A DNA stretch of 63,350 nucleotides, the filler included, from Octopus bimaculoides (Eukaryota): the NCBI RefSeq assembly GCF_001194135.2. It is 6 parts of 3 records of this genome, joined end to end, with 100 filler letters (N's around TTAATTAATTAA, not from the genome) between each part and the next. Parts side by side here need not be neighbours in the genome. Positions count along the whole stretch, not along the records: positions 1 to 17,887 come from NC_068989.1; positions 17,988 to 30,705 come from NC_068982.1; 4 more parts are not named here. One strand, written 5' to 3'. Shown piece after piece: positions 13,342 through 25,860 of the stretch. The translations under genes and the position numbers were made by a program. A model generated the notes under the pieces. The model was given only the letters and a program-made list of their open reading frames with translations. It was not told the origin of the DNA and searched no databases. Numbering within the stretch: position 1 is the stretch's first letter; the number at the start of each line of letters is the position of its first letter.

Positions 13342-13689
13342 CAGACAATCTAAAGAAGGGCACTAAACACATATATTGGGAGTTACATGTATGGACCAAA
13401 TAGTTGACATCATAAGAAGTTATAAACTTTCGAGAGAATCTGAAATTTCTTTTTGGCAACAGTGAATTTCGAAGCAGATGATAAAGTGATGAAGCTTATA
13501 AAGTAATAGCGTGTAAATACTGGGTTTTTAAAAAAAATCCTTTTGGACTTTTCCGAACCAAAGGGATTTCTTTGACCCAATATTTAGACGCTATTTTTGA
13601 TAGCTTTATTATCATCTGTTTCAAGATCCACTGTTCCAAACAAGAATATACACATGTATATGCACGGCCGATGCATATGTTCTTTTCTA

Positions 13690-13852
13690 GGCGCAGGAGT
13701 AGCTGTGTGTAAAGAAGCTTACTTCCCGACCACATGGTTCCAGGTTCGGTCACACTGCATGGCACCTTCGGCAAGTGTCTTCTATTATAGCCCCAGGTCA
13801 ACCAAATTCTTGTGAGGGTTTTGGTCAGCAGAAATCGAAATGTGACCGTCGC

Positions 13853-13860
<8 letters not shown>
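13690..13860 (+). mobile_element. B-module SINE followed by a compound microsatellite (to about 14040)
   Basis: ggcgcaggagtagctgtgtgtaaagaagcttacttccc.accacatggttccaggttc...ggcaagtgtcttctattatagcc. Confidence 0.8.
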
Positions 13861-13895
<35 letters not shown>

Positions 13896-13920
13896 AATAT
13901 ACATATATATATGTACATAC

Positions 13921-13967
<47 letters not shown>

Positions 13968-14039
13968 CATGTATGTATGTATGTATGATTGTATGTATGT
14001 ATGTATGTATGATTGTATGTATGTATGTATGTATATACA

Positions 14040-15100
14040 TATGCATATATGGGTACAGGACGTCATAAAACGTAAACAGGAAATACGAAATACAAAAACA
14101 TGGAATACGAACTTTTTTTGCGAACAACGAAGGAAACAAATGGAAAACAAGACCAGTAACATAAAGAACGACCCTTCATCAGTTGTCGGCTGTTTATCTA
14201 CTCCACATTTTGAGTAATTACGATAAGATGTGTCTTCGAGAAAACAGTTGCTCCCGCAAAGCAAAATAAAATTTGGAATTGCGGAGGGTCAAAGTTGGTA
14301 ACAAAAGCAGGACAGCGAAAACAAGCAGTAAGGGCTGCTAAGCCATAACGAGGCGAGGTGGCGAACGCTAGAGGAATAAGCTTTGACAGGAGAAAAGATA
14401 GGAGAGGAGAGAGACAAGAATGCACCTGATCTTTGTGGCAGATCAAAAGGAAAGAAACAAACTCAAGTTAGGAAGAGAAAGATGGCCGATGATCCCGTGT
14501 GAGCAAAGAGAGAGTAAAGGAGGTAGAGTGAGAAAGAGAGAGGGTAGAAAGATAACGGTGAAGGGAAGAGGAAAGGAATTAGAGAAAGGATGAGAGAGAA
14601 AAAAACGAAAGGGGGAGAAGGGGAGATAAAAAGAAGTAGAGAAAGGAAGCGAAAGGAAACAAAAGAGGAGCGGGACAGAGAGTATAAGATAGAGTTGCAT
14701 CGGAATTATTACGATAAACTTACTTGGAAATGGATGCGTGGCATTCAATCATATAATAATATAAATAATATATATATATATATTTATATGCATATAAACA
14801 TACATATATGTACATACAAATATATGTATATACATATGCATATATGGGTACAGAACGTCATAAAACGTAAACACCATGGAGTACGAAAACAACATGAAGT
14901 ACGAAATATGAAAACATGGAATACGAACTTTTTTGCGAACAACGAAGGAAACAAATGGAAAACAAGACAAGTAACATAAAGAATGACGCTTCATCAGTTG
15001 TCGGCTGTTTATCTACTCTACATTTCGAGTAATTACTACAAGACGTGTCTTCGAGAAAACATTTGCTCTTGCAAAGCAAAATAAAATTTGAGATTTGCGG
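14040..15100 (-). mobile_element. Two direct copies (about 14040-14260 and 14825-15100) of a Penelope-like terminal repeat, separated by a GA-rich block and microsatellite; a third copy lies on + at about 30550-30695
   Basis: Shared gggtacag.acgtcataaaacgtaaac...ggaatacgaacttttt.gcgaacaacgaagg...ttcatcagttgtcggctgtttatctactc. The reverse complement (gacagccgacaactgatgaagggtcgttctttatgttac) is at 30555. Confidence 0.55.
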
Positions 15101-15114
15101 AGGGTCGTGTTTGT

Positions 15115-15335
15115 GTCTATGTTTGTCGCCCACCACCACCACTTGACAATTGGTGTTGGTGTGTTTGCGTATTCATAAGTTAGAGGTTCGGCAAAAGACA
15201 CCGATGATAGAATAGGTACCCGGCTTTAAAAAAAAATAAGCAGTACGGTCGATTCATTCGACTAAAAATTCAAGGAGGTACCCCAGCATGTCCGGCTGCA
15301 GTCTAATGAGTGAAACAAACTAACAAAGGAATAAA
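15115..15335 (+). mobile_element. Solo C module of the composite SINE
   Basis: ttgacaattggtgttggtgtgtttgcgt..cataagttagaggttcggcaaaagac...ccccagcatg. Confidence 0.7.
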
Positions 15336-15514
15336 ATAATGTGCTCGCGCGCGCGTCAGGCGGAATCCAGCTGAGTTTCCGTTTACAATAATTTCTCGCC
15401 ATATCGCGGTTTATTATTTAAGCTTACATGAATTCCTCTGTCGTGTTGTTTTGCATTTATGATAAAATAAATATATACAAATTATAACAATAATAAAAAA
15501 AAAACATACAGTAT

Positions 15515-15686
15515 AGGCGCAGGAGTGGCTGTGTGGCTAGTAGCTTGCTTACCAACCACATGGTCTCGGGTTCAGTCCCACTGCGTGGCACCTTGGGCAA
15601 GTGTCTTCTACTATAGCCTCGGGCCGACCAAAGCCTTGTGAGTGGATTTCGTAGACGGAAACTGAAAGAAGCCTGTCGTATATATG

Positions 15687-15719
<33 letters not shown>

Positions 15720-16078
15720 NNNNNNNNNNNNNNNNNNNNNNNNNNNNNNNNNNNNNNNNNNNNNNNNNNNNNNNNNNNNNNNNNNNNNNNNNNNNNNNNN
15801 NNNNNNNNNNNNNNNNNNNNNNNNNNNNNNNNNNNNNNNNNNNNNNNNNNNNNNNNNNNNNNNNNNNNNNNNNNNNNNNNNNNNNNNNNNNNNNNNNNNN
15901 NNNNNNNNNNNNNNNNNNNNNNNNNNNNNNNNNNNNNNNNNNNNNNNNNNNNNNNNNNNNNNNNNNNNNNNNNNNNNNNNNNNNNNNNNNNNNNNNNNNN
16001 NNNNNTTCGACTAAAGGCGGTGCTCCAGCATGGCAGCAGTCAAATAACTGAAACAAGTAAAAGAGTAAAGAGTAAGAG
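15515..16078 (+). mobile_element. Composite B-C SINE; the assembly gap falls in its internal (TA)n
   Basis: B head from 15515 to gaagcctgtcgtatatat. After the gap: ttcgactaaaggcggtgctccagcatggcagcagtcaaataactgaaacaagtaaaagag. Confidence 0.85.
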
Positions 16079-16084
16079 TATTGT

Positions 16085-16159
16085 TTCTACTTCGCGGATT
16101 TTCACCTATCGCGGGTGGTTTTGGAACGTAACACCCGCGATAGTCGAGGGGATACTGTA
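16085..16159 (-). mobile_element. Terminus of a Tigger/pogo-like DNA transposon
   Basis: Minus strand begins TA-cagtatcccctcgactatcgcggg..gttacgttccaaaacc.cccgcgatag..gaaaatccgcgaa. Perfect 12-bp internal inverted repeat 16106-16117 / 16132-16143. Confidence 0.65.
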
Positions 16160-17519
16160 CCTCATTTCGTTCAAAAGGCGTTGACCGATATGAGACTACG
16201 GTAGAAGACTGCAAACGGTGTCAGTTAGTTGACCAAACCAGGAACCATGTGGTTGCAAACCGATCATTCTAACCACGAAGCCATATTCTGGCCTTATTCT
16301 TTATTTATGCAGCATAAATGCATATAAGTCACGTCTCCGCCTATATTTCACATAATAAACGATTGTTACAGACTTCCATAGAAAAATTCTTTATTTCCCT
16401 AAAGAATATCAAAATTTCCAAAATTGTATCGGAGCAATCCATAAATTCTTCTTGACATCTACTCTAACAATGTAAATAAAGCAACACACACACACACACA
16501 CACGCACACTTTCATACGCTCATACACACACACTTTCATACACTCATACACACACACATGTATATATGAGTGTGTTTGTGTGGGTGTGGGTGCGCGTGTT
16601 TTGGGATGGCTGTAATTGGCTGTTTCACGTGTGAATATGTGTTCGTGAAATGCGTACATACAAGTGCTTTTGTATAGTCATACGTTTTTTGTAAGTGTAT
16701 GTGTGTGTATATGTATGTATATACATATGTCTGTGCGTATACCTATGTACGTATGTACGTATATACGTATATATGTATGTATCTATCTATTTATGTCAAT
16801 CACTATCTATCTATGTATCTCTGCGCGTATGTGATCGTGTGTTTTTGTAAACGTTTGGAAGTATAGATATATATTTGCGTATGTATACCAAGACACCATT
16901 TATTAAGACGCATAAAAGTGCATGTATATGAATTTCGATAATTGCTTGTACTTTATGTTTCACTACATGTGTACATAAGTGTGAACACATGTTTAACGAT
17001 ATACAGTCGTTCCAGTAAATGGATCTCCGTCGATTTCGACGACGAGTGTCGGTTGAGTACTCTCTCAACACACGTACCAACAACTTAATCTTCAGACTGA
17101 ATTTGAGTGATATAGCGTATGGCAAGGCTGTGTACGTTAATTACAGCTACAACCCATTTCTCAGATTTCTGCTCTGTTTCCAACTTCCCAATTTCATTCA
17201 TATAGCATGGGTCAAACCGAGTCTGTAGTAAAAGATGCCTGCCCAAAGTTGCCAAGTCGTGGGATCGAACGCAGAACCTCATCATTGCGCAGCGATCTTC
17301 TTAACCACTCAGCCTACTATATCCTAGTAACTATACAAAACCACATATATAGGGTTTTTAAGAGTTCATTTTACTTATATTTTTATTTTCTATTTTGTCG
17401 ATAGCTTCAACTTTCGTAATAGTAATCACTGTATTTTTTACGATGAGGATGATAGAAAGAGTCTATATGTCGCTACCGAACAAATATGACTAGGAACTCC
17501 ATTTAAAAAATACCACCTT

Positions 17520-17782
17520 TTATTATTATTATTCAGTAGTTTTATTTTTATAACGTGCTTTCACTTAACTACCGAGCGCAGCTATGTGTGCCTTGGGTAT
17601 GTGCTGTGGTTTGCTGTGATGCTCTTATGGTTACTGTATTGAAAGTGTTTTGCGTAGGATGTGTGCAGTGCCCAGTAGTGCAATTTTCTGTATGTTATAT
17701 ATATTTGTAAGTCCTGGTGTTTTTGTTATGTATTTGTCTGAATATTTTTCTATTATACCTAAGGCGCCTACTACGATAGGAA

Positions 17783-17790
<8 letters not shown>
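17520..17790 (-). mobile_element. 5'-truncated 3' end of an R4/Dong-like (restriction-like endonuclease) non-LTR retrotransposon within a (TAA)n tract
   Basis: Minus frame ITIPIVVGALGIIEK...NIQKIALLGTAHILRKTLSIQ* (to 17631), then about 100 nt of 3' UTR. (TAA)n at both junctions (17520-17533 and 17787-17814). Confidence 0.8.
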
Positions 17791-17814
<24 letters not shown>

Positions 17815-17989
17815 TTATGTTTGACTTTTGCTTTACATTTGTACAAGTTGGCTCCAAGTTTCACCCAGAGACTTCAAGAGACAAGTTNNNNNNNNNNNNN
17901 NNNNNNNNNNNNNNNNNNNNNNNNNNNNNNNTTAATTAATTAANNNNNNNNNNNNNNNNNNNNNNNNNNNNNNNNNNNNNNNNNNNNAC

Positions 17990-18330
17990 TTATTATTTGT
18001 AAGCCTAGTACTTATTCTATCGGTCTCTTTTGCTGAACTGCTAAGTTACGGGGACGTAAACACACCAGCATCGGTTGTCAAGCGATGTTGGGGGGACAAA
18101 CACAGACATACAAACATACACACACACGCATACACACACACACACACACATACATATACATATATACGACGGGCTTCTTTCAGTTTCCGTCTATCAAATC
18201 CACTCACAAGGTTTTGGTCGGCCTGAGGCTATTGTAGAAGACACTTGCCCAAGGTGCCATGCAGTGGGACTGAACCTGGAATCATGTGGTTGGTAAGTAA
18301 ACTACTTACCACACAGCTGCTCCTACAGGT
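17990..18330 (-). mobile_element. Composite B-C SINE on the minus strand
   Basis: gtaagcctagtacttattctatcgg...(ca)n...ttctttcagtttccgtctatcaaatccactcacaagg...gacacttgcccaaggtgcc...cttaccacacagc. Confidence 0.85.
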
Positions 18331-18491
18331 ATGATGATAAAAATAACAATAATAAAAATAATGATAATGATAAAACCAACTGAAAGCTACAAAAAAGTAG
18401 AGCATGACAATAACTGGAATATAAATAACTAAAAATGCTAAATGAATTAAATAATAAGGCTAAACTGAAAATCTAAAATATCTCATCTAAA

Positions 18492-18544
<53 letters not shown>

Positions 18545-18721
18545 CATGTAACTAAATCTCTCCATCTTAAAGAATGTGAATATACTATAATAATCTCTTG
18601 AAAGATTAATATATGTTTGTGTGTGTGTATGTGTGTACATCTCTGTGTGTGTATATACATATATCTGCGTGTTTGTATGTACATATATCTGTGTGTGTGT
18701 CTGTTTGCATATGTGTATCTA

Positions 18722-18765
<44 letters not shown>

Positions 18766-19519
18766 CACATATATCTGACTATGTGTGATTCTGTGTGTAT
18801 ATTTATTTATTTAAATTAAAGAAGATAACGAATGGAAGTAAAATGAAAATGTTAATAGGGAGTCGAAATGATGTTATAGAATTCCTGACGAAAGCAAATT
18901 TCAGAATTCTGTGTATTCATTGCCAATGGCTTTTCCTATAGGAATTAGCGATAATCTTTCTTTTGAGACGTAACTTTGGCTCCTTCTGCTTTAGAAATGG
19001 TGCCGTGTGTTTTGGAATTTCCATTTGCATTCTAATTTTTATTTCTTAATTTTTTTTTAATTTTCTGTTTAAGAAATTTTGTTGTGTAGTTATGTTCTTT
19101 TTTTTTATGTTTGTTTTACTTAGTGTTTTTAATTTTGTTTTCGCTGTTTGCTTATTCTATTTTTATTTATTTGATGTTTTTTTTTTTTTAACCTAGTAAT
19201 TGATGGAAAATTAGCTTGTATTCTTGTTCTGCAAATCATGTTATGATTTCTTTTACAATATTGGCATCGAGTGAAAAGAGGTCTGGCTTTGGTATCATCA
19301 ATGAAGTTATTGGTGCTGGTTTTGATGTGGTGATCAACACTTGCAGTGAGGCGACTCACAGCCTGCTCTTTTTTGCTTGCTTGCAATGATACTACTGCTA
19401 TGGATGGCTGTTAATGAGAAAATCTCTCTGTGCTCACTGAACTTGTTTGAAATAATAGCCAAGCCTTCCTCAAATTACTTTTCATCACCTTAAAGAAGAA
19501 GGTCATGTTGGATGATGTA

Positions 19520-20006
19520 TCATCAGCATCATCAACATATTTTTTCATGCTGGCATGGGTTGGAGAGTTTGACAGGAGCTGGCAAGCTGAAGAGCTGCCC
19601 AGGCTTCATGTCTGTTTTGGCATCATTTCTACAACTGGATATCCTTCCTAATGCCAACCACTTTACAGAGTGTACTGGGCGCTTTTATACAGCACCAGTA
19701 TGGGCGTTTTTACATGGCACGAGCATGGGTGCTTTTTACATGGCATCAGCACCCACAAGCCTTCAAGATTAGGATCGCTCAGCTGAAGACGAATGTAGAG
19801 ACATGCCTGTTTGCAAGGATAACCACAATTTTATTTAGCTTGATGTGTCTTCTCAAGCACAACAAACTGCCAGAAGTTTTGGTCTCTAGTCATCCCCTCT
19901 GTAAGGCCCAACATCTGAAGATCTTTTCTCACCAGTTTGTCCCATGTTTTCCTGGGTCTACTCTTTCTACATGTTCTCTCCACAATAAGAGATCAGTACT
20001 TCTTGT
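19520..20006 (-). mobile_element. 5'-truncated RTE-clade LINE: ORF C-terminus plus 3' UTR with (GAT)n tail
   Basis: Minus frame about 20006-19850: KKY*SLIVERTCRKSRPRKTWDKLVRKDLQMLGLTEGMTRDQNFWQFVVLEK (RTE GRPRKTW...KDL motif). It continues into gccatgtaaaaagcacc repeats, aaagtggttggcattaggaagg and cccatgccagcatg, then (gat)n. Confidence 0.8.
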
Positions 20007-20609
20007 AAAAGACAAGATGGTTGTGGCTGGAGTGTCTTTGATCAAAGGACTACTTGACCTTGGGCTAAACAACAACAATAAAAAGGAGTACTATAATTTG
20101 AAATATCAAATACTTGCTTCTCATGACAATGAATTGTGGTACCTGTTTTCAATTAGGTGGACTGGGCCTTTGACATATGCCATTTTCAAACCATTTGTCA
20201 TTCAACCAGTAGTGAGATATTTTATTGAAACAACCTACTACAACTAATGCAGTCATCTCATAGAAAATTCTGCTACTAAGAATACTCACTTTGTTCTTGT
20301 CAAAGTATTATTTCTGTCACTGATGGCTAACTTGATGCTCAAGTTCTTAGGCCAAGCATTATCTTGTGTAGTAAGTTTAAATCTGTGAGTTGAAACTCTG
20401 CACCTATTTGGGAACAGAATTTGATTCTTGATTACTTTGGTTCAAATAGTTCTTACCCATTATATATCTGTATCGTTACCCAAGGAAAGTGTTGTATCTG
20501 ATCCATTTAATGTCAGGAAACTGGAAATAATTACTGGTCCTTAAAATCTCTTTAGGGTTTAAGAGTCATTTGCATGTTTATATATATAATATATATATGT
20601 GTATGTGTG

Positions 20610-20905
20610 TAAAAGCATCCAGTCCATGTAAAAAGCATCCAGTCCACACTGTAAAGTGGTTGGCATTTGGAAGGGATCCAACTGTAAAAACCCTGCCAAA
20701 ACTGACCTCATCTGTGCTGATGCCATGTAAAAAGCACTCAGTCCATTCTGCAGAGTGGTTGGTGTTAGAAAAGGCATCCAGCTATAAAAACTATGCCAAA
20801 ACATGCAGTGAAGCCTGGTGCAGTCTTCTGCCTAGCCAGCTCCTGTCAAACTGTCCAACCCATGCCAGCATGGAAAGCAGACGTTAAATGACAATGATGA
20901 TGATA
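20610..20905 (+). mobile_element. RTE 3'-UTR copy (truncated LINE or RTE-tailed SINE)
   Basis: aaaagcatccagtccac..gtaaagtggttggc..ggaagg; gaaaaggcatccagctataaaaac; ccaacccatgccagcatggaaagcagacgttaaatgacaatgatgatgat. Confidence 0.75.
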
Positions 20906-20957
20906 TATGTATTCATACTTGTTGAAGACCAATGCCTTCTTGATTCATTTATTGCAG

Positions 20958-21062
20958 ATATCTCGCCCACAAAATATTACAACTGGTTACAAGACATTTA
21001 AACATTTACATGATTCCAAAAAACGTCGACGTGATACCAGCCGTTTTTTCAACCAGCACTAT
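20958..21062 (+). CDS. B4GALT7: Penultimate coding exon of xylosylprotein beta-1,4-galactosyltransferase 7 (GAG linker galactosyltransferase I)
   Basis: Acceptor ttcatttattgcag| and donor AT|gtaagt; 105 nt, phase 0-0. Translates [35 protein letters not shown], matching the remembered B4GALT7 segment (human [29 protein letters not shown]; fly VTRPQNIKTG). Confidence 0.95.
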
Positions 21063-22111
21063 GTAAGTATTTTCTCTTGTATCCATGTGTTACTCTTTTT
21101 TTAATTTTTTTTTATAGCTTTTCCACAACATTGATACTTTTTTTGCCATAACACCACATTACACAAACATCAGTTTGTTTCTGTTTTTACTGCTGTTGTT
21201 TAACCCCAAGTCAGCAATGACTGGACAGACCTCTGCTTGTGTATGCTGTGTCTGTTTCAGTGTTGTGATATGCTTGAGTGGTATTTGTCATAAGTTTTAC
21301 CTACTGAAAGTGGAGCCTGATGTCATTGTATCTAAAAGGAGAGGATTCTTTCAATCTTTCAGGAGGCTGGATTTATTTTTTGTAATGAACTTAAACTGTT
21401 TTCAAAATTAGAAGGATAATTGATAAATAATGTTATTTAAAATGGTATGGGCAATGCAGTATTACAGTAATACCAGTGATACTGTGCCTCACATTTATTC
21501 AGAATTGAGTAAAGCATGGATTTCATAATGACATTAGTAACATTAATGAAAGTTTCTCTAATTAGTTCACTGTGGACTCGAAGCTATGTTGCAGCTATGT
21601 CAAGAAATATTGTAAATATATTAAATCCAAGAATTATTTCTAGTCTTGCTCTAAAATAAATTTGATATTATGACCAAGAAGTAACATGTAGGTCAGAGAA
21701 TAGAGAGATTGTGATTCCAGAATAGATGGATCTCTCATTCACCTTCAGTGCTGCTGGAACCTCAGTATAAGTGGTCAGTTAGATTGTTTATGTTAGTGAA
21801 TATCCAGAAGAAATTGCATGTTGTTTTGTCTGTTAAGTAATTTTTACTGAAAATATAATGGGAAAGATGTACTTATTAACATAAGAAATAGTAAAACTAA
21901 ATTTATTTTTAAGGTCTTTCTTTAGTTTTCCTCTTTATTTGTCTTTTTTCTTTGTTCCTCTCCTCATTCTTTCCTTTCTTTTCGTTTGCTTTACCATAAA
22001 AAAAGCAAACAAATATTTTTCAGCAATGCACCACTGTTACACAACAACACACTAACTAACTAAACTCTATTTTTGAATCTCATTTTTTTTTTTGCTCTGT
22101 TTATGTTGCAG

Positions 22112-22297
22112 ATTTCCAGCCACCGTGATTATGAAACTGGGTTTGATACTTTGACGTATGAAAAAGTTTCCCAGTATGACTTATCTGTGAATGGTTCTGT
22201 GGCAAAAGTGATAAATATTAGACTAAGCTGTGACTTGAGTAAGACACCCTGGTGTTTACAGAAGCAAGACCATAATTTAGCCAAACCTTATCTATGA
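22112..22297 (+). CDS. B4GALT7: Terminal coding exon of B4GALT7, ending at TGA 22295-22297
   Basis: Acceptor tttttgctctgtttatgttgcag|; in frame with the previous exon. Translates ISSHRDYETGFDTLTYEKVSQYDLSVNGSVAKVINIRLSCDLSKTPWCLQKQDHNLAKPYL*, carrying the B4GALT7 C-terminal D..G...Y...V.NI.L.CD...TPWC signature. Confidence 0.95.
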   Translation: MSSHRDYETGFDTLTYEKVSQYDLSVNGSVAKVINIRLSCDLSKTPWCLQKQDHNLAKPYL

Positions 22298-23385
22298 AAG
22301 TACATTATTGTTTATATGTGTATATTTTATATATATATATATATTGTTTTAACATCGTTTAAAGTTTGAATGGTATAAATATGGCTTGTGGTGTGAAAAT
22401 ATTTATGCTAATAGAAAGGAAGAAAAAAAAAAAATGTAACCTATACTGTTTAAAGAAAAATCCCTTAAGCTTGTTATATCAATAATAACAGAACCAAATA
22501 TATGGAAATCAAAACACACATTTATTCTGAGCTGCAAAACAAGTAGAAGAGTGAAATAGCTGTTGTAATAATACAGAGGAACCTTAGTTTATGAATTTAA
22601 TTCATTCCAGAAGGCTTTTTGTCACCTGGAATATTTGTAAACTGGAACCATTTTTCCCATTGGAAACTCAAGAGAAAGTATGGCAAAATTGAGCAAGGAT
22701 GTGCTCTGAGTGAAAGCTAGACAGCTACTGATGCTCCCTCACTGATGCTCTCTGTTTGTTGCCCACCTTTATTTGCTGGTTTGTGTGTTTGTTGAGATGT
22801 TGCTTATCAATCAAGATGTTTTATATTTGAAAAATTTTTTATAAACTGATTTGTTCATAATTGGAAGCATTTGTAAACTGAGGTTCCACTGTACGAAAAT
22901 ATGTCTAAATTTAAAAAAGAAAAAGAGAAATACTACCCTTGCTTTTCCCTCATTTTTGGTTCAATTAAATATAATAATGATTATTTGAATAACAACAAAA
23001 GAAACAAGCAAATTCATTTTATAACTAAATACTATAAGCCTTTTCACTCCCAGCTTTCAACTTGCAGCATTTTAAGGGTAGGAAGAAGAATGAAAAATCA
23101 TGGAAAAAAAATGAACAAATTAAAGAGTATAGGGAAATGATTTAAAAATGCATATGGAAAAATGAAGAGAAAAATCTCATTTCATAATTTTTTTTTCTGT
23201 CTAGGTAATCTTTACATGTTAAATGGAGGGACGATCATCTTAAGCACTCAAACTAACAACTGTTCAAAGTTTGTTTATTCAAAGCAACGTAACCCTATAA
23301 CAGTAGTGATGCCTTTTGTCTCTACTCAAAAATATTACACACACACACACACACACACAAACATCATCAATTTATNNNNNNNNNN

Positions 23386-23417
<32 letters not shown>

Positions 23418-23600
23418 GTTTGGTGATGCAAACAGGAAAATAGAACTCAAAATGCAAGTATATGTATTTTATTAACAATTATCAGAAGTTACAGAGTGAC
23501 TCAAGGGTTCAGGTTTTTGTGCATTGGCCAATGCATAAAACTCTTGAATCTTGAGTCACTCATCACTCTGTAATGTCTGATGGTTATTAATAAAAAAAAA
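22298..23600 (+). other. Probable B4GALT7 3' UTR (end uncertain); candidate poly(A) signal AATAAA at 23589-23594
   Basis: Repeat-poor AT/T-rich sequence directly after the stop codon; AATAAA at 23589, another at 25481. No transcript evidence available. Confidence 0.35.
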
Positions 23601-25860
23601 CTTCTGTGTGTGTATACATATATATAACGTGTGTACACATACAGATAGGTGTACAAACACAAAAAGCACTCAATGGGTGTCGTCTCAATACTCAGAATTA
23701 AGTGGCCAAATAACCACATTGTGTGCTTTATTCTTCATCTGAAACTTAAGTAATTCAATTGCAAGTGAAGCTATGCAAATATCCTAATAAGAGGAGAATA
23801 TTGTTTAAAGAGTTTCTGCACATTGCTTAATTATTCTCGGATAAACCTGTCTCCATCGAATCTCATTGCATCCATGATGGTGTCTTTGTGTGCTGAATGA
23901 GTGCTAAATCCCCAGTGAAATGTGATGAAGAAAACTGATAAACAAAATGATTAAGTTGTGAGAAAACCTAACTTTTCTAATTTTAATGTAAAGTAAATTG
24001 GCTTAGTAGTGAAAGTACCAAGCCAGACTTTAAGTAATTGCAGTTCCCAAGGCACTGCCTTACAGAATTAACATCACGCTTTTCGGATACTGTGTGATTA
24101 CATACTATATGCTCTTTTGATGTTATCTTAACCTTTAATACCATGTTTATTCTATTCTTTTCATGAGCATCCATGAAGTTTGGAAGTGCTTTCCAGAAGT
24201 AATAGTAATGATTAACCCATCGGCTCGTTAGGATATCGTTGAAGACTTTGTCTTCCTGTAGTGATTTAAAGTAGGATATATTCAAAGGAATGGTTTTCCT
24301 GTTAACTTTTCTTGTGTTATTGAAGTATTTGGACACAGCATTGCAATTTAATGAAGTTATGTAATGTTGTTGGTTACAGAAAGCTCCTACTTTGTACAGT
24401 GGAGAACATGTGGCTTCTTATGTCTCCCATTTGCAGTCATGCAGACATAGCTGTTGTCTTCTTTTCTCAGGGACACAAGCTGGTTACAATGATGAGATGT
24501 GAGCCATGGACTCTGGCTTCTAGAGCAGCACTGTTATCACCACCACCACCATCACTGACCCCCAAACTGTGAATTTTATTCTTTGATATTGGTAATCTTC
24601 AGTTTCTTAAGCTCACTGGGTCCAACTATTAATATTTGTAACTACACTGCCACCACCATTACAGACAACAACAATTACAACAACTACAGCACCTTAACAT
24701 TATGAGGGTCAATAACTATTGATAACTTATGTTTTATAGCCATTGAAACTGACCATGATCACAATGGATGAAACCTCATATTTCAATTGTTGAAAATGTT
24801 CGTTATATTTTGTTTATTTTTGAACACCAAAATCTTTCTATATATATACTTCAAAGTTAAACATTTTGATGTAAATAGAATCCTTTATATTCTCAACTAT
24901 AAGCCTCCCACCACCAGAAGAAAGCGAAATTGTTTTATATTTAAGTTTTTACAAAATCATTCATGTTACTTTTTTTAGCATTCATTTTTGTTCATTAGGA
25001 AAATGCAGAGGTTATATTGAAGAATGTATGATGTTTGGGTTAGGTTTGTATTGGGGATGGGACATCAAAATTTTAAGTTGGTTATTTGAGACAAAATATT
25101 ATTGGATACGTGACTTCATCAAAAAGCTTGCAAACACACAGGGATTTTTAAAAAATCACTGACGAATCTGTATGTTATTCTCATGTTGATAAGCTACTGT
25201 ATATTAAATGTAAATATATACATAATACTATGTGTGTTAGTGTCTTGTCTTTTTCTTATGATACTTGTTAAAGAATTCTTTATTCTTTCAGTTACGTATT
25301 TTATTTATATAGCGTAAGACACTGTATCTGTATTTTAATGAGGAGAAGGAATTTCATTAATTTATATTTTATCATTCTTCAATTGTGCCACATTTAAAAT
25401 GAGTCAGAATTCTCTGTTGATTTTGCCGATGAAATCTTTTTTTTTTTTTAAAACGTGGAGAGAGAAAAAAAAATCCACTTAATAAATGCAGGCGAATTTC
25501 TTTATTTGAAGCTGATAAAGCTTTATCATTTGTCACTACTCGGTTTCATATGATGTGCAGTCCTTTAGGCCTCAGGACAACGAATCATTTTGTCACTTGA
25601 AGCAATGTACACAGATAAATGTTTTGAGTAGTGATGGAGTGAACAATCAGCTTCAAATGAATATGTAATCAACAACATGGCCACAGTGGGTGGATGGGAG
25701 TAAAAAACCTCGGGAAGCATTCTGTTTACTAAATACAAATATGCTATGGTCTCACACATGTAATGTATAGTGAGATAATGCAGCTGAAATCCAGGAGATC
25801 TGTTCGATGAGATTATTTCATGAGGAGTATATGAACAACAAAAAGTCAGGTTTAACAAGT

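Noticed and set aside
17932-17943. TTAATTAATTAA islands inside N-runs (also 30750, 47232, 54204, 61869)
   Set aside because: An identical 12-mer centred in gaps that gives stops in all six frames: an artificial scaffolding spacer, not biology.
19651-20247. 198-aa ORF on +
   Set aside because: Antisense read-through of the RTE fragment and the family-G repeat; not a gene.
23983-24336. 117-aa minus-strand ORF (also 25565-25858)
   Set aside because: No recognisable motif or splice support; non-ATG start; may be UTR or intergenic.
25045-25075. tattggggatgg (YWGW) as a B4GALT7 WGWG exon
   Set aside because: It lies downstream of the stop codon and is not followed by GREDDE.
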